Both the position numbers and the translations under genes were made by a program. A stretch of DNA of 64,000 nt. Source: Candidatus Omnitrophota bacterium (GTDB lineage: Bacteria; Omnitrophota; Gorgyraeia; B26-G9). Where the stretch lies: the NCBI GenBank assembly GCA_043806135.1, contig JAZDHG010000064.1, positions 6,535 through 70,534 on the forward strand, given 5' to 3'. The notes beneath the pieces are model-generated. The model saw nothing but the letters and a program-made list of their open reading frames with translations, did no database searches and was not told where the DNA came from. Position 1 is the first letter of the stretch, and every line of letters begins with the position of its first letter. Below, piece after piece: positions 26,286-36,323 of this stretch.

Positions 26286-27797
26286 TCACAAAAACATAAC
26301 CTCTTCAATACCTAAATGTTCGTCAGTAATTATGGCAATTTTCACCCACATCTTCTTTTCCATATTGGTAATAGTCATGCGGTCTTCATTGAGCAGCCGC
26401 ATCGCTATTTTGGGGTGTACCTTTACCTTAAGATAACGCCTCTTATTTGATTGAAGAAAACATCTGATCTGTCTTAATACCGCAATAGCAATAGTTTGTA
26501 TAGATTTTATCCTGCCTGTTCCGCTGCAATGAACGCATTTATCAAAAATTACACTATCCAGGTTCTTTCTTATCCTCTGTCTGGCTATTTGAACAATCCC
26601 CAGCGGAGAAAAAGGATACACCGTAAAACGCGCCTTATCATTTTCCATGGCCTTCAGCAGCACGCTAAGTACCTTTTTCTGATGCGAAGACTGCTGCATA
26701 TCAATAAAGTCAATTATAATTATCCCGGCCAAGTCTTTCAAAGCTATTTGGCGCGCTATTTCTTTTGCCGCCTCTAAGTTAGTCAGAAAAGCTGTTTCCT
26801 CCAGCCTGCCTCTATTTACAAAACTGCCGCTATTTACGTCAATTGAGATCAGAGCCTCTGTCCTTTCAATAACTATATATCCGCCCTTTTTAAGCGATAC
26901 CTTCTGGGCAAATATCTTTTCTATTTGCTGCTGCACATCATTTTGCTCAAATAGATGCATTTTTTCATTATAAAAACGAATATATCTTCGCAAATGCGGA
27001 GCCAGAGTTTGGATAAAGCCCATTACTTTTTTATAATCCTCTTTCTTATCGATCAATACCTGTTTTATATCATCGTTGAAAAGATCTCTGGCTACTCTCA
27101 AAATCAGATCATATTCCTCGTGTATTAAACAAGGAGCATCCCTTCTGGAAGATTTAACTTTTATTGTTTTCCATAATCTGAGCAGGTATTTTAATTCACG
27201 GGCAAACTCCCGCTTTCCCATCCTCTGGGCCTGAGTACGCATAATACAGCCCATATCTTTAGGCAACCCTATTTCCTTAAGCAGCGCTTTAAGACGCTGC
27301 CTCTCTTTATCATTGGTTATCTTTTTGGAAATCCCAATATTTTTACTATACGGCATTAATACCAAAAAACGCCCCGGAAGACTTATTTGGGAAGTCAAAC
27401 GGCACCCCTTTGTCCCAAACGGCTCTTTAACTACCTGAACTAAGACGTCCTGACCCTTTGTCAAAAGTTTATCTATTGTTTTTATTTCATGGTTTGTTTT
27501 GTTAGAGGCATTATCTGATTCAGCATCATCCGCGTTCTCAATGGCATATTCTTCTGAACGCATTGATTCAGGCAGTAATTCCTGCACATATAAAAACCCG
27601 TTTTTCTCCAGTCCGACATCAATAAATGCCGCTTCCATGCCTTTAACAATCTGTGCCACTTTGCCTTTGTATATATTGCCGGCCAGATGCGCCACACTGG
27701 TTCTTTCCAGGAAAAACTCCTCCAGCTTGCCGTTTTCTAAAACAGCAACCCTCTTTTCTTGTTCATCAATACTCATTAAAACTTCTTTATTCTGCAT
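26286..27797 (-). CDS. rng: Rne/Rng family ribonuclease (RNase G/E)
   Basis: GNIYKGKV S1 domain, QVVKEPFGTKG, IDVNSG, IIIDFIDM, CVHCSGTG. Confidence 0.93.
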   Translation of the reverse strand: MQNKEVLMSIDEQEKRVAVLENGKLEEFFLERTSVAHLAGNIYKGKVAQIVKGMEAAFIDVGLEKNGFLYVQELLPESMRSEEYAIENADDAESDNASNKTNHEIKTIDKLLTKGQDVLVQVVKEPFGTKGCRLTSQISLPGRFLVLMPYSKNIGISKKITNDKERQRLKALLKEIGLPKDMGCIMRTQAQRMGKREFARELKYLLRLWKTIKVKSSRRDAPCLIHEEYDLILRVARDLFNDDIKQVLIDKKEDYKKVMGFIQTLAPHLRRYIRFYNEKMHLFEQNDVQQQIEKIFAQKVSLKKGGYIVIERTEALISIDVNSGSFVNRGRLEETAFLTNLEAAKEIARQIALKDLAGIIIIDFIDMQQSSHQKKVLSVLLKAMENDKARFTVYPFSPLGIVQIARQRIRKNLDSVIFDKCVHCSGTGRIKSIQTIAIAVLRQIRCFLQSNKRRYLKVKVHPKIAMRLLNEDRMTITNMEKKMWVKIAIITDEHLGIEEVMFL

Positions 27798-28092
27798 AAT
27801 TAATCTCTATAGTCCTTAAATCTTCATTTAACTGTCTATCTATTCTGTCTTTGAATTCCAGCAGTTCCATTTTTGTTTTCAAAAAAAATAATACTTCCAT
27901 TTCACCTCTTACCCCCAGTTTTAGAGCCTGGTCGAACTTCACCTTTGGATGAGGGCTGAACCCCTCAGTCAGGACAAAAGGGATTTCCGCACGTCTTAAT
28001 GCCCTGTAAATAAGTCTTATAAAATCCAGGTGCGATATAAAACGCATCATTCCATCTTTTTTAAACTTTGCCTTAATTTTCAGTACATCCAT
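27787..28092 (-). CDS. DUF2344 / radical SAM-linked protein (short)
   Basis: F.K.G.MRFISHLD...RALRRA.IP...TEGFSPHPK. Confidence 0.85.
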   Translation of the reverse strand: MDVLKIKAKFKKDGMMRFISHLDFIRLIYRALRRAEIPFVLTEGFSPHPKVKFDQALKLGVRGEMEVLFFLKTKMELLEFKDRIDRQLNEDLRTIEINYAE

Positions 28093-28101
28093 CTAGGTTT
28101 T

Positions 28102-28164
28102 AACAAAAGACAAAAACCTAGGACTTAAGGATCTAGCATCTCCCTTAGTCCCCGGTTTTTGTCT
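28102..28164 (-). terminator. Long hairpin with U-tail downstream of pilQ
   Basis: AGACAAAAACC...GGTTTTTGTCT stem with inner GGACTTAAGG/CCTTAGTCC, followed by TTTGTT on the minus strand. Confidence 0.65.
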
Positions 28165-28193
28165 AAGGGTTAAAATTTTACTAAAACTAATTT

Positions 28194-29834
28194 TTACTTC
28201 TTAAAAAGGTACCCTTTATTTTTTCTTTCTTTTTCCGGATCTGTTTTCTTTTGGGCAACCACTTCAGTTTTTTTCTTAACCTCTACAGGAGTATCAGCCA
28301 CCGCTGCAGACCCCTTTCCGGCAGCTTCCTGTGTATCCTTCTGTTCTAAGGTCTTCATCTCTTCTAACTCCTTATCGAACATATCGGCTTTTAGGAAATC
28401 AGCTTCCTTAGTTTTGACAACATCTTCAACTGCGCTGATATCTGTTACGGCCGGATCAAGAACTTCAGATATCTTTTTTATTTCTAGTCTGCTATTTTCC
28501 TTTACGATATGCGGTGTAATAAAAATAAGCAGATTATTCCTTACAACTTCCTCCGCTTTATGCTGGAATAATTTTCCCAATATCGGGATGTTGCCTAAAA
28601 GAGGAACCTGTGTTTTAGTCTCAACGGTCTTATCCTTAATTAATCCGCCTATAACCAGTGTCTCTCCGTCTTTGATCATTACTGTTGCATCTGCAGTCTG
28701 TATGCTCAATACCGGCACTGTTGCTCCTTCAAAATCAACATCCCCTGTTTTATCAGAAACCTCAGGGTGTAATTTTAATGTAACATATCCATTCTGATTA
28801 ATCGTAGGTGTAACGCGAAGGAGAATTCCATAACTCTTATATTCCCATCCAGAAATAACAAATCGCCCCTGCTCTTCACTGTATGTATAGTTGGCTATCG
28901 GCCAGTCTGTCCCAACATGAATTTCAGCCATCTCATTATCAAGAGTAGTTATACTAGGATTCGACAAAATCTTTGTTTTTACCTTAGTTTGAATGGCTTC
29001 AAGCAAAAGGCTGAAAGAAGCACCGTCAAGTATCCCAAACGAGTAGTCACCTGCCGTGGACAAAGGAAATGCAGGATTTGCTACTGTTGGGAATGAATCC
29101 ACCCCGTCCCCTTTAGGCAAATAGTTATTGTATTTGTCCCCCACATTGTTTGCCGGCCAGGGAAAAGTAGTCGGTCTTGATGACAATGAAGCCGTATAAG
29201 AAGCGTTCCATTTCAATCCCAAGTTTTCAATATCTGAAAAGTTTGTTTCCATAATTCTTGCTTCGATTGTCACCTGCGGCGTCATTGAATCCAGGCGTTC
29301 AATAACCTTGCTTATCTTATAAATGTTAGTTGGAATATCCGTAACAATAACAAGATTGGCTCTTGTATCAAATTTTATTTTCCCACGCTCAGAGAGCATC
29401 TCAGAGACTGAGTTTGACACATCAGCTGCCTTAGCATAATTTAAAGCAAATACTTCTGTGACCAGATTTTCCTGTCCCTGTTTATCAAGAGTCGTAACAC
29501 GGATTATATTTGTCTCTCTTTCATAAGCATATCCGTACGTGCGGCATATTACATCGAGAACTTTCTCCCATGGCACATCAGTGATCTGTACCGTAACAAG
29601 CCCCTTAACATCCGGATCTGCCACTATGCTCACATTACCTTTTAAAGCAAGCACCCTGAAAACATCCTGTATATCGGCATCCTTGAACTCAACACTGATA
29701 TTTCCTGTCTGAGTATCTTCAACCTGCATTTCGTTTATCTGGTTTGCAGCCAGGAAAGAACCGACTGCCAGAACAAGCGCCAAAACTAAAAATAAAACCT
29801 TACTCCTGAAAGTCAGAAATTTACTATTGTCCAT
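28194..29834 (-). CDS. pilQ: Type IV pilus secretin PilQ
   Basis: Signal peptide, N-domains, PQVTIEARI, LSNPSITTLDN, IGGLI...VPLLGNIPILGKLF, LLIFITPHIV; last gene of pilMNOP. Confidence 0.9.
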   Translation of the reverse strand: MDNSKFLTFRSKVLFLVLALVLAVGSFLAANQINEMQVEDTQTGNISVEFKDADIQDVFRVLALKGNVSIVADPDVKGLVTVQITDVPWEKVLDVICRTYGYAYERETNIIRVTTLDKQGQENLVTEVFALNYAKAADVSNSVSEMLSERGKIKFDTRANLVIVTDIPTNIYKISKVIERLDSMTPQVTIEARIMETNFSDIENLGLKWNASYTASLSSRPTTFPWPANNVGDKYNNYLPKGDGVDSFPTVANPAFPLSTAGDYSFGILDGASFSLLLEAIQTKVKTKILSNPSITTLDNEMAEIHVGTDWPIANYTYSEEQGRFVISGWEYKSYGILLRVTPTINQNGYVTLKLHPEVSDKTGDVDFEGATVPVLSIQTADATVMIKDGETLVIGGLIKDKTVETKTQVPLLGNIPILGKLFQHKAEEVVRNNLLIFITPHIVKENSRLEIKKISEVLDPAVTDISAVEDVVKTKEADFLKADMFDKELEEMKTLEQKDTQEAAGKGSAAVADTPVEVKKKTEVVAQKKTDPEKERKNKGYLFKK

Positions 29835-30204
29835 CTGAATTCCCCCCTCCTTTTTTGAGATTAATAACCATCACTTTTCCCCCTTTTTGCAAGATAACAC
29901 TTGCCTTTTTTATCTTTAAAACCTGCATATCCAATATCCTCTCTTGTTCTTTAAGCAGCTTGCCGTTTATAATTGCCATGGACTTGCCGCTCGGATCCCA
30001 GATAATCCCTTCAAGTTCAACATTATCGGTGTCAGAGACTGTCTTTGCCCCGGGTAAAATGCGGCCGTCCGGTGTAACTAAGCTCATAAACGGATCGCGA
30101 TTGCCCTTATCTTTGTACATGAAATCCCGAACACTTGCCCGGGCTCCGGCAACTACAACGATACTTAATAAGAAGACCAAAATGTTATTGCAGATTTGCT
30201 TCAT
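29824..30204 (-). CDS. pilP: PilP-like pilus assembly protein
   Basis: Y.D.GNRDPF motif, LEGIIWD...AIING; position between pilO and pilQ. Confidence 0.7.
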   Translation of the reverse strand: MKQICNNILVFLLSIVVVAGARASVRDFMYKDKGNRDPFMSLVTPDGRILPGAKTVSDTDNVELEGIIWDPSGKSMAIINGKLLKEQERILDMQVLKIKKASVILQKGGKVMVINLKKGGGNSDGQ

Positions 30205-30775
30205 TCATAAAATCCTTCAAACAAAATGTTTTTACGGTCATAAAAACCTGCTGTTTATCCAGGTTTACATCCGCATGGGTTATTTTAATTCTATCAATCG
30301 TCATGAAATTCTGGGAATACTCAATTTCATTTATAAATTTCCCTAGGTCATGGAATCCGGCATAGGCATCAATCAATACCGGAATTTTTACAAAAAACAA
30401 TGTCGGGTCATCAATCACTTTCTGAGGCTCCATGGCAATGATCTTAACATCGTTTTCCCGGGCCAGTTTTGAAAGCAATTCTAGAAAAACAGGGAATTCC
30501 CTTTGTAAAGGCAGCCCCCTGATGAAATCTTTGTAAGTATTATCCAGGGATTCAAATTCGAGTTCCAAAGCAGTATAATTTTTAATACCCTGGTCAAGAT
30601 CGCTCAGGATCTTCTTTTTTTCATTGGTTTCACCCAGGACTTTCGCCATGTTTATTATTTGCGGAACGATCAGCAATACAAGAACAACCGCACTGATTCC
30701 CAAGGCGATCTGGAAAAATGAAACACCGGCAAATTTCAAATCTTTCAATGAATTTATTTTAATTTTAAGCTTCAC
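30185..30775 (-). CDS. pilO: Type IVa pilus assembly protein PilO
   Basis: N-terminal TM, coiled coil, LP...E...LE.L, FHDLGKFINEIE. Confidence 0.85.
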   Translation of the reverse strand: MKLKIKINSLKDLKFAGVSFFQIALGISAVVLVLLIVPQIINMAKVLGETNEKKKILSDLDQGIKNYTALELEFESLDNTYKDFIRGLPLQREFPVFLELLSKLARENDVKIIAMEPQKVIDDPTLFFVKIPVLIDAYAGFHDLGKFINEIEYSQNFMTIDRIKITHADVNLDKQQVFMTVKTFCLKDFMNEANLQ

Positions 30776-31383
30776 AACTCAACTTCCTGTTTAAACAAAC
30801 AAATCAAAGTAAAATCCATAACTTCAACCGTTGCTATCTGCCGTCGTAATACCCCTTCAAGCTCAATCCCGCTAAAGTGCTGGAAAAATTCCTTATTAAG
30901 CTTAAGATTCCTAACAAAATTACCTATCGCCCCCATTTCATCGTGAATAACCGATACAGCTGTAGCTTCAATCTTAAGATTTTTTTTTCCCTGCGGACCC
31001 GCAGCCTGCGCCACGGCTTCTTTTTCCAACGATAATTGCCTTAACCAAATTCCCGGTATGATCAGGTCACTTAGCAAGTTCAATTTTTTAGACCACAAAG
31101 ATCTGTTTTTTACCAGTGGACTAAAAAGAGCATTGGTTTTTTTAAGATTTACAGTCTTTTGCTGTATAGAAATAATCTTCTGCTGTTCAGGAGCCAGCCC
31201 CTTTAAACGAGTATCAAGGGCATGAAGCGTAATACTGCGGCCAACGTTTATGGCAGTAATAATAAGAAAAATTGCCAGGAGCATAGCATTTATGGAAAGC
31301 AATATCAAGTTTAAAGGAATAAGCTGCTGTCTTTCCTCTTTTTTTGCTCTATAAATTTCAGGCAACAGGTTAATTTCTATCAT
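30772..31383 (-). CDS. pilN: Type IVa pilus assembly protein PilN
   Basis: N-terminal INLLP motif, TM, coiled coil. Confidence 0.88.
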   Translation of the reverse strand: MIEINLLPEIYRAKKEERQQLIPLNLILLSINAMLLAIFLIITAINVGRSITLHALDTRLKGLAPEQQKIISIQQKTVNLKKTNALFSPLVKNRSLWSKKLNLLSDLIIPGIWLRQLSLEKEAVAQAAGPQGKKNLKIEATAVSVIHDEMGAIGNFVRNLKLNKEFFQHFSGIELEGVLRRQIATVEVMDFTLICLFKQEVEL

Positions 31384-31386
31384 ATC

Positions 31387-32433
31387 TTACCCTCTAAGTG
31401 CCAATCCTATCGATACTGTAAGCAGCGGGCCTACTTCAATAAGCCGCTCTTTTGAGAGCTCAGAATTTATTTGCAAAATTTTTGTAGGGTCCCACACCTC
31501 AACATCTATGCCGAGAATGCTGTTTAAAACCTTATCAATCCCCTTGAACTTAGCCGTTCCTCCTGTAAGAAAAATCTTTTGTACGCTTGCCCCCATTTGG
31601 CCTTCCGCATAATTAAAAGACATCTGGATTTCACTAGCGATCGAGTCTAAAACAGAACGGACAGCGTTTATCAAGTCTCCGTATCTGTCCTTTGGATCAT
31701 GCTTTAAATTCTCAGCTTCCTCTTCTGTCATTTCGAATTCTTCAATAATAGCTTTTGTTATGTGCCTGCCGCCGATTGGAATATCCCGGTTAAAGTGGGG
31801 AATATTGTTGCGCAAAATAGTTGTACTGGTGATATCCGCTCCTATGTCTAAGACCGCAATGATCTCCTTATTCTCCTGCTGCACTAATTTAAAAGAATTG
31901 ACTATTGCAAAAGAATCAACATCAATAACCCCCGGAGTCAGGCCTGCATCCTGTAAAATTTTTATTCTCTCTTCAATAACCTCTTTTTTTACGGCAACCA
32001 GCAGCACCTTCATCATCTTCTGCCCCTTGCCTTCGCCGCTGTCACCCAATATTTGAAAATCATAGTTAACTTCATCAAGATTAAATGGAATATATTTGCC
32101 CAAGCCAAATTTCAGGGCTTTAATCAATTCTTCTTTCGTCATTTTCGGCATCTGAACATATCGGACAATAACTGCCTGCCCGGAGACAGAAGTATTAACC
32201 AATTTTGTGCTTATTTGGGCATTTGCCAGGGATTTTTTTATGGCTTGCAAGATATCCAAGCCTTTAGAACTTTTAAAACTCTGGATATCAAAACTCACCA
32301 GTTCTTTAAACAAAGAGCCAGGCTGCGTAAGCAGTTGGACTACTTTTATGCTGGAATTGCCTATGTCCAATCCAACAGAAACCCTAGCCTTTGGCTTTAC
32401 AAATTTTTCAAATACAGCTTTTAATTGTTTCAT
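31387..32433 (-). CDS. pilM: Type IVa pilus assembly protein PilM
   Basis: VGLDIG..SIKVV, YIPF, LDIGA, LTGG, IGLALR actin-like fold. Confidence 0.93.
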   Translation of the reverse strand: MKQLKAVFEKFVKPKARVSVGLDIGNSSIKVVQLLTQPGSLFKELVSFDIQSFKSSKGLDILQAIKKSLANAQISTKLVNTSVSGQAVIVRYVQMPKMTKEELIKALKFGLGKYIPFNLDEVNYDFQILGDSGEGKGQKMMKVLLVAVKKEVIEERIKILQDAGLTPGVIDVDSFAIVNSFKLVQQENKEIIAVLDIGADITSTTILRNNIPHFNRDIPIGGRHITKAIIEEFEMTEEEAENLKHDPKDRYGDLINAVRSVLDSIASEIQMSFNYAEGQMGASVQKIFLTGGTAKFKGIDKVLNSILGIDVEVWDPTKILQINSELSKERLIEVGPLLTVSIGLALRG

Positions 32434-32505
32434 AATTAAGATAGGAAAGTCGTGGCCCCCACTGCCAATTTAACCAAAAAAAATGAGCATATAATTAATG
32501 TTTTT

Positions 32506-32534
32506 AGTTTAACACAGATTGTCAGGTGATTCAA
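32506..32534 (-). promoter_or_regulatory. sigma70-type promoter for pilMNOPQ
   Basis: TTGAAT-17 nt-TAAACT with TG extension. Confidence 0.55.
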
Positions 32535-32614
32535 GTTATATTTAACCCTTCTTTACATAGCATGTTAGCAATTTTTAAGATCAAAACAGAAAAACCGATC
32601 TTCCACTAAGATCT

Positions 32615-33919
32615 CTAAACTGTTGCCATAGTATCTGTTATATTAACCTCCGAAACCTTTACTTTCTTTATTGTGTTGCCCAGGTCTTTATCGGTACGCA
32701 CTTTAACATAAACATATGTGTCTGAATACCCGCACCAGCAGTCATTTTCTTTTTCTTCAAAAAGAACACTCAATTCCTTATTTAACAGCTTCTGCCTCAA
32801 GGCAAAGCTGGTTCGAACCGCTGCGTCTTCAAGGAGCAGTCTGCGATGTTTTTTAATACAAGCATCAATCTGATGGCCCATTCTTGCTGCGGAAGTGCCT
32901 CTGCGCGGGCTAAACGTAAAGACATGTACTCTTGTAAAGCCCGTATTTTTAACTAAATCAAGCGTATTATTAAAGTGCTCATCCGTCTCGCCTGGAAACC
33001 CGACCATAATATCAGTAGTAAAAGATATGTCTTTGAGTTTACTCCTGATCAAGTTTATTTTATCTAAATACTCTCTGGCACTGTAATCCCGGTTCATTTT
33101 TTTCAAAATAAAACTGTCGCCGCTCTGTAAAGGTATATGCAAATGCCGGCAAAGCTTTGAATCTTCCGAAAACTTGTCAATCAAGGTATCAGTTACACAT
33201 TTTAGCTCAATAGAACTCAAACGCAGCCGCTTTAAATCCGGTAAAAGATTTAATTCTTCAATCAGATCTCTGACCTGCCTTCTCTCCTTAAATTCCCTTC
33301 CCCATGCCCCCAGATTAATACCGCAAAGAACTATCTCTTTAAATCCTTTTTCACTCAAAAGTTTAACCTCACTCACAATTTCTTTCATAGTGCGGCTTCT
33401 GGGCTCACCCCGCACATGAGGCACAATACAGTAACTGCAGAAATTATCGCAGCCATCTTGTATTTTTACAAACGCCCTGTTATGGCTGGTAAAATCACTT
33501 ATCCCTTTTTCCAAGCCATTAACCCGATCCCCCCGAGAAACCGCTGCATTATTATCCTCAAGAATTTCGCCGAATTCTCTCTCGATCATTCCATAGACTG
33601 ATTTTTTTTGGTCCTGAGGGATAATACAGCTTATCCCGTTAGGTTTTACTTTCGAAGCCTTAGTATTTTGGGCGTAACAACCCGTAAGAATAATTTTTGC
33701 TTTTGGATTTTTTCTAGAGAGGTTTTTAAGCAGGCTGCTGCATTTTTTATCCGCGCGTGAAGTTATCGTACATCCGTTGACGATCAAAAAAACGGGTGAT
33801 TCTTCTGTTTCCACAAACCCGTTAGCTAAAAATTCTTCGCGCATTAACTGCGTTTCATATTGATTAACTTTACAACCAAAGGTAAAAAAAGCGCAGGTTC
33901 TTTTAATTTTAGAGCTCAT
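32615..33919 (-). CDS. mtaB: tRNA t6A37 methylthiotransferase MtaB
   Basis: TFGCKVNQYET, KIQDGCDNFCSYC, VGFPGET, HVFTFSPRRGT; start moved to ATG 33919. Confidence 0.92.
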   Translation of the reverse strand: MSSKIKRTCAFFTFGCKVNQYETQLMREEFLANGFVETEESPVFLIVNGCTITSRADKKCSSLLKNLSRKNPKAKIILTGCYAQNTKASKVKPNGISCIIPQDQKKSVYGMIEREFGEILEDNNAAVSRGDRVNGLEKGISDFTSHNRAFVKIQDGCDNFCSYCIVPHVRGEPRSRTMKEIVSEVKLLSEKGFKEIVLCGINLGAWGREFKERRQVRDLIEELNLLPDLKRLRLSSIELKCVTDTLIDKFSEDSKLCRHLHIPLQSGDSFILKKMNRDYSAREYLDKINLIRSKLKDISFTTDIMVGFPGETDEHFNNTLDLVKNTGFTRVHVFTFSPRRGTSAARMGHQIDACIKKHRRLLLEDAAVRTSFALRQKLLNKELSVLFEEKENDCWCGYSDTYVYVKVRTDKDLGNTIKKVKVSEVNITDTMATV

Positions 33920-34083
33920 TTCATGCCAATATAAATTTACTAACTGATCACTATCCTTTTTACACTCTTTCGTCCCAAAGAGCAAAGCGCCTGTCCTTAA
34001 AGCATTGTGAGGAAGTGATCGTCATTCTGTTTTTGATTTGCTGTCTTCCTATCCGCTAATCGCTGATCGCTATACGCAATCGA

Positions 34084-34584
34084 TTATTGATATTTCCAGG
34101 TCACTTTTCCCTCAGCTCCGGATAAAACCGCCCGGCCGTAAACAATTTTAGACTCTGTCCCGGAATCTTTAACGACCATAATCGAAATGGTTTTAAGCTC
34201 CGGATACTCCTCCTTCAATCCAAGCGTCATATCAATTGCCAGTTTTTTTACGACCAAAATAGATTTTGCTTGAAATCGTATGTTTAAAGTAAAAGCGAGA
34301 AACTTCTCTCCGAATTGCATATCTTCAACATCAAAATTCTGCTGATAATCCCGCCAGCCGTTTATATATTCCAATAAGTATAACTCACTTATCCGCTTTT
34401 TTTGCTCCTGAGGCTGCGGTATCTGCGAACTTACCTGATAAATGATAACGACGAAAAAGTAAAGAAAAGTAATTATCGCAAAAATAAAAACTTTTCTTGT
34501 ATTTTTAAGAAAAAACTCTTTTCCTTTATCCGAGAGCCCCTGAATAACCTTATCCAGAGGGAATTTATCTTCTTTTTTATTCAT
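34084..34584 (-). CDS. Hypothetical single-TM membrane protein
   Basis: One hydrophobic segment (VFIFAIITFLYFFVVIIY); ATG overlaps the rsmE stop. Confidence 0.65.
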   Translation of the reverse strand: MNKKEDKFPLDKVIQGLSDKGKEFFLKNTRKVFIFAIITFLYFFVVIIYQVSSQIPQPQEQKKRISELYLLEYINGWRDYQQNFDVEDMQFGEKFLAFTLNIRFQAKSILVVKKLAIDMTLGLKEEYPELKTISIMVVKDSGTESKIVYGRAVLSGAEGKVTWKYQ

Positions 34585-35309
34585 AACTTCCACTCATAGT
34601 TTAAAACCGATAACACCATTGTAACCGCAGTTTCGCATTTAAGCACATTTTTCCCGAGAGTTATGCCTATGGCCCCGTTTTGTTCGGCATTACGCACTTC
34701 CTCTTGCGTAAAATCCCCTTCCGGCCCGATAAAAATTATCGTGCTCTGCGGTTTACTGACTTTAGCAATTTTTTTCAAAGATACTGTCCCTTTATGCAAA
34801 GAGGAAATTAGGGCAAGGCTGTACCCGGAAATTTTTTTAACAAGCGTTGAAAAATCAGTCACCGGAGCTATATCCGGAACATAAGAACATCCGCACTGCT
34901 TTGCCGCCTCAACTGCAATTTTCTGCCACCTAAGCCTTTTTTCTACAGCTTTCTCCGGGCTTATGCGGACAACCGTTCTAAAGCTTTGCATGGGGATGAG
35001 TGTATTCACTCCAAGCTGAGTTGCTTTATCTACTATGGACTCAAACTTTGCGTGTTTCGGTATAGCTGCGGCTAAGGTGATATCCACATTGTCCTTTAAA
35101 GCTGATTTGAGCTCACTTATCTGTATTATTCCCTTTTTTGCGGATAATGATATCAATGTTCCAAGATACTCCTTACCCGCACCGTCAAAAGCAGCAACCC
35201 TGGCCCCTTTGGCTAGCCTTAAGACTGAATAGGCATGTTTTGCCTCTTCCGGCCGTATATTTATCTCATTGCCGGTTATATCTTCTGTATGGATATAAAA
35301 TCGATGCAT
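34581..35309 (-). CDS. rsmE: 16S rRNA m3U1498 methyltransferase
   Basis: MHRFY, H..SVLR, EAAKQCG, IGPEGDF, LG..VLKCETA. Confidence 0.95.
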   Translation of the reverse strand: MHRFYIHTEDITGNEINIRPEEAKHAYSVLRLAKGARVAAFDGAGKEYLGTLISLSAKKGIIQISELKSALKDNVDITLAAAIPKHAKFESIVDKATQLGVNTLIPMQSFRTVVRISPEKAVEKRLRWQKIAVEAAKQCGCSYVPDIAPVTDFSTLVKKISGYSLALISSLHKGTVSLKKIAKVSKPQSTIIFIGPEGDFTQEEVRNAEQNGAIGITLGKNVLKCETAVTMVLSVLNYEWKL

Positions 35310-35340
35310 TGCTAATATCCTTTTGTATAAACCTCTACAA

Positions 35341-35430
35341 TATTGCTTTGTTGCAAAACAACTTGTTATGATCTCGTGTCTTTAATCTGCGTTATTCTGT
35401 GCAGGACTGTGTTTCGCAACAGTCCCAATA
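35341..35430. repeat. ~90-bp inverted-repeat (MITE-like) element
   Basis: TGTTGCAAAACA (35349-60) vs TGTTTCGCAACA (35410-21), with outer TATTG/CAATA; a related end GGGCGTGTTGCGAAAC lies at 1240-1255. Confidence 0.45.
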
Positions 35431-35453
35431 TATTTAAACATAGTTCATCACAT

Positions 35454-35494
35454 AAAACAAGTGGACGACAGAAACTGCCGTCCACTTGTGTTTT
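35454..35494 (-). terminator. Intrinsic terminator of the pilin operon
   Basis: ACAAGTGGACG-GCAG-TTT-CTGT-CGTCCACTTGT followed by TTT on the minus strand. Confidence 0.85.
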
Positions 35495-35515
35495 GATAAC
35501 TATAACTTCCGTTTA

Positions 35516-35893
35516 TCACGGCCAAACATGCGTTCCGGATGTGTCACTGCATACGGCTCCAGCACTGCCGGCAGCACCACTAAGTGTATATGCTCCTGGT
35601 CCAACGATAGGACATTGAGGTACACCAGCCAAATATCCAGAGGTTTGCAGAAAAGCAACGTTATTAGAACCACCCCAGGTAAAACCACTAGAAACGTTTT
35701 CTTTTACTTCATAAATATTCATCGCAGAGACAAGGCCGCGCAAGTTAGCAACGCAAACCTTTACGTTCGCATCATCTCTTACATCAGCAAAACGAGGTAA
35801 AATCAATGAAACCAGAATTCCAAGTATTGCAATGACGATCAAAAGTTCGATTAATGTAAAACCTTTTCTATTCATCTTCTTCATCTTCTTCAT
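35516..35893 (-). CDS. Type IV pilin, copy 3 (distal)
   Basis: KG/FTLIELL prepilin site. Start is likely ATG 35893 after GAGGTG, the same context as the other copies; leader is expanded by a 9-bp repeat. Confidence 0.93.
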   Translation of the reverse strand: MKKMKKMNRKGFTLIELLIVIAILGILVSLILPRFADVRDDANVKVCVANLRGLVSAMNIYEVKENVSSGFTWGGSNNVAFLQTSGYLAGVPQCPIVGPGAYTLSGAAGSAGAVCSDTSGTHVWP

Positions 35894-35929
35894 CTTATTC
35901 ACCTCTTTTCCAAATATGTCTTTAAACGA

Positions 35930-36286
35930 TCACGGCCAAACATGCGTTCCGGCCACACTGCAGGCTGCTGCTGGACTGCCAGCAGCTCCGCTAATCGTAT
36001 ACGCCCCTGATCCGGCAATAGGACAAGCCGGTTCATCCGCTAAATATCCAGCGGTTTTAAGAAAAGCAACGTCGTACGGAGTAATCCAGCTAAAACTGGA
36101 ATCAACATTTTCTTTTACTTCATAAGTATTCATAGCTGAAACAAGACCCCGTATATTAGCTATGCAAACTTTTGTATTCGCATCAGTTCTTACATCAGCA
36201 AAACGCGGCAGAATAAGAGAAACCAGAATTCCAAGTATTGCGATCACAACCAAAAGTTCTATCAGTGTGAACCCATATCTTTTCAT
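35930..36286 (-). CDS. Type IV pilin, copy 2
   Basis: MKRYG/FTLIELLVVIAILG; RBS GAGGTG. Confidence 0.93.
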   Translation of the reverse strand: MKRYGFTLIELLVVIAILGILVSLILPRFADVRTDANTKVCIANIRGLVSAMNTYEVKENVDSSFSWITPYDVAFLKTAGYLADEPACPIAGSGAYTISGAAGSPAAACSVAGTHVWP

Positions 36287-36323
36287 CTTAATCCACCTCT
36301 TTTTCTATTAAATTAAATTTTTA

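Noticed and set aside
35866-35902. 9-bp ATGAAGAAG repeat in the distal pilin leader as a phase-variation switch
   Set aside because: The unit is a multiple of 3 and lies in the cleaved leader, so slippage would not change frame
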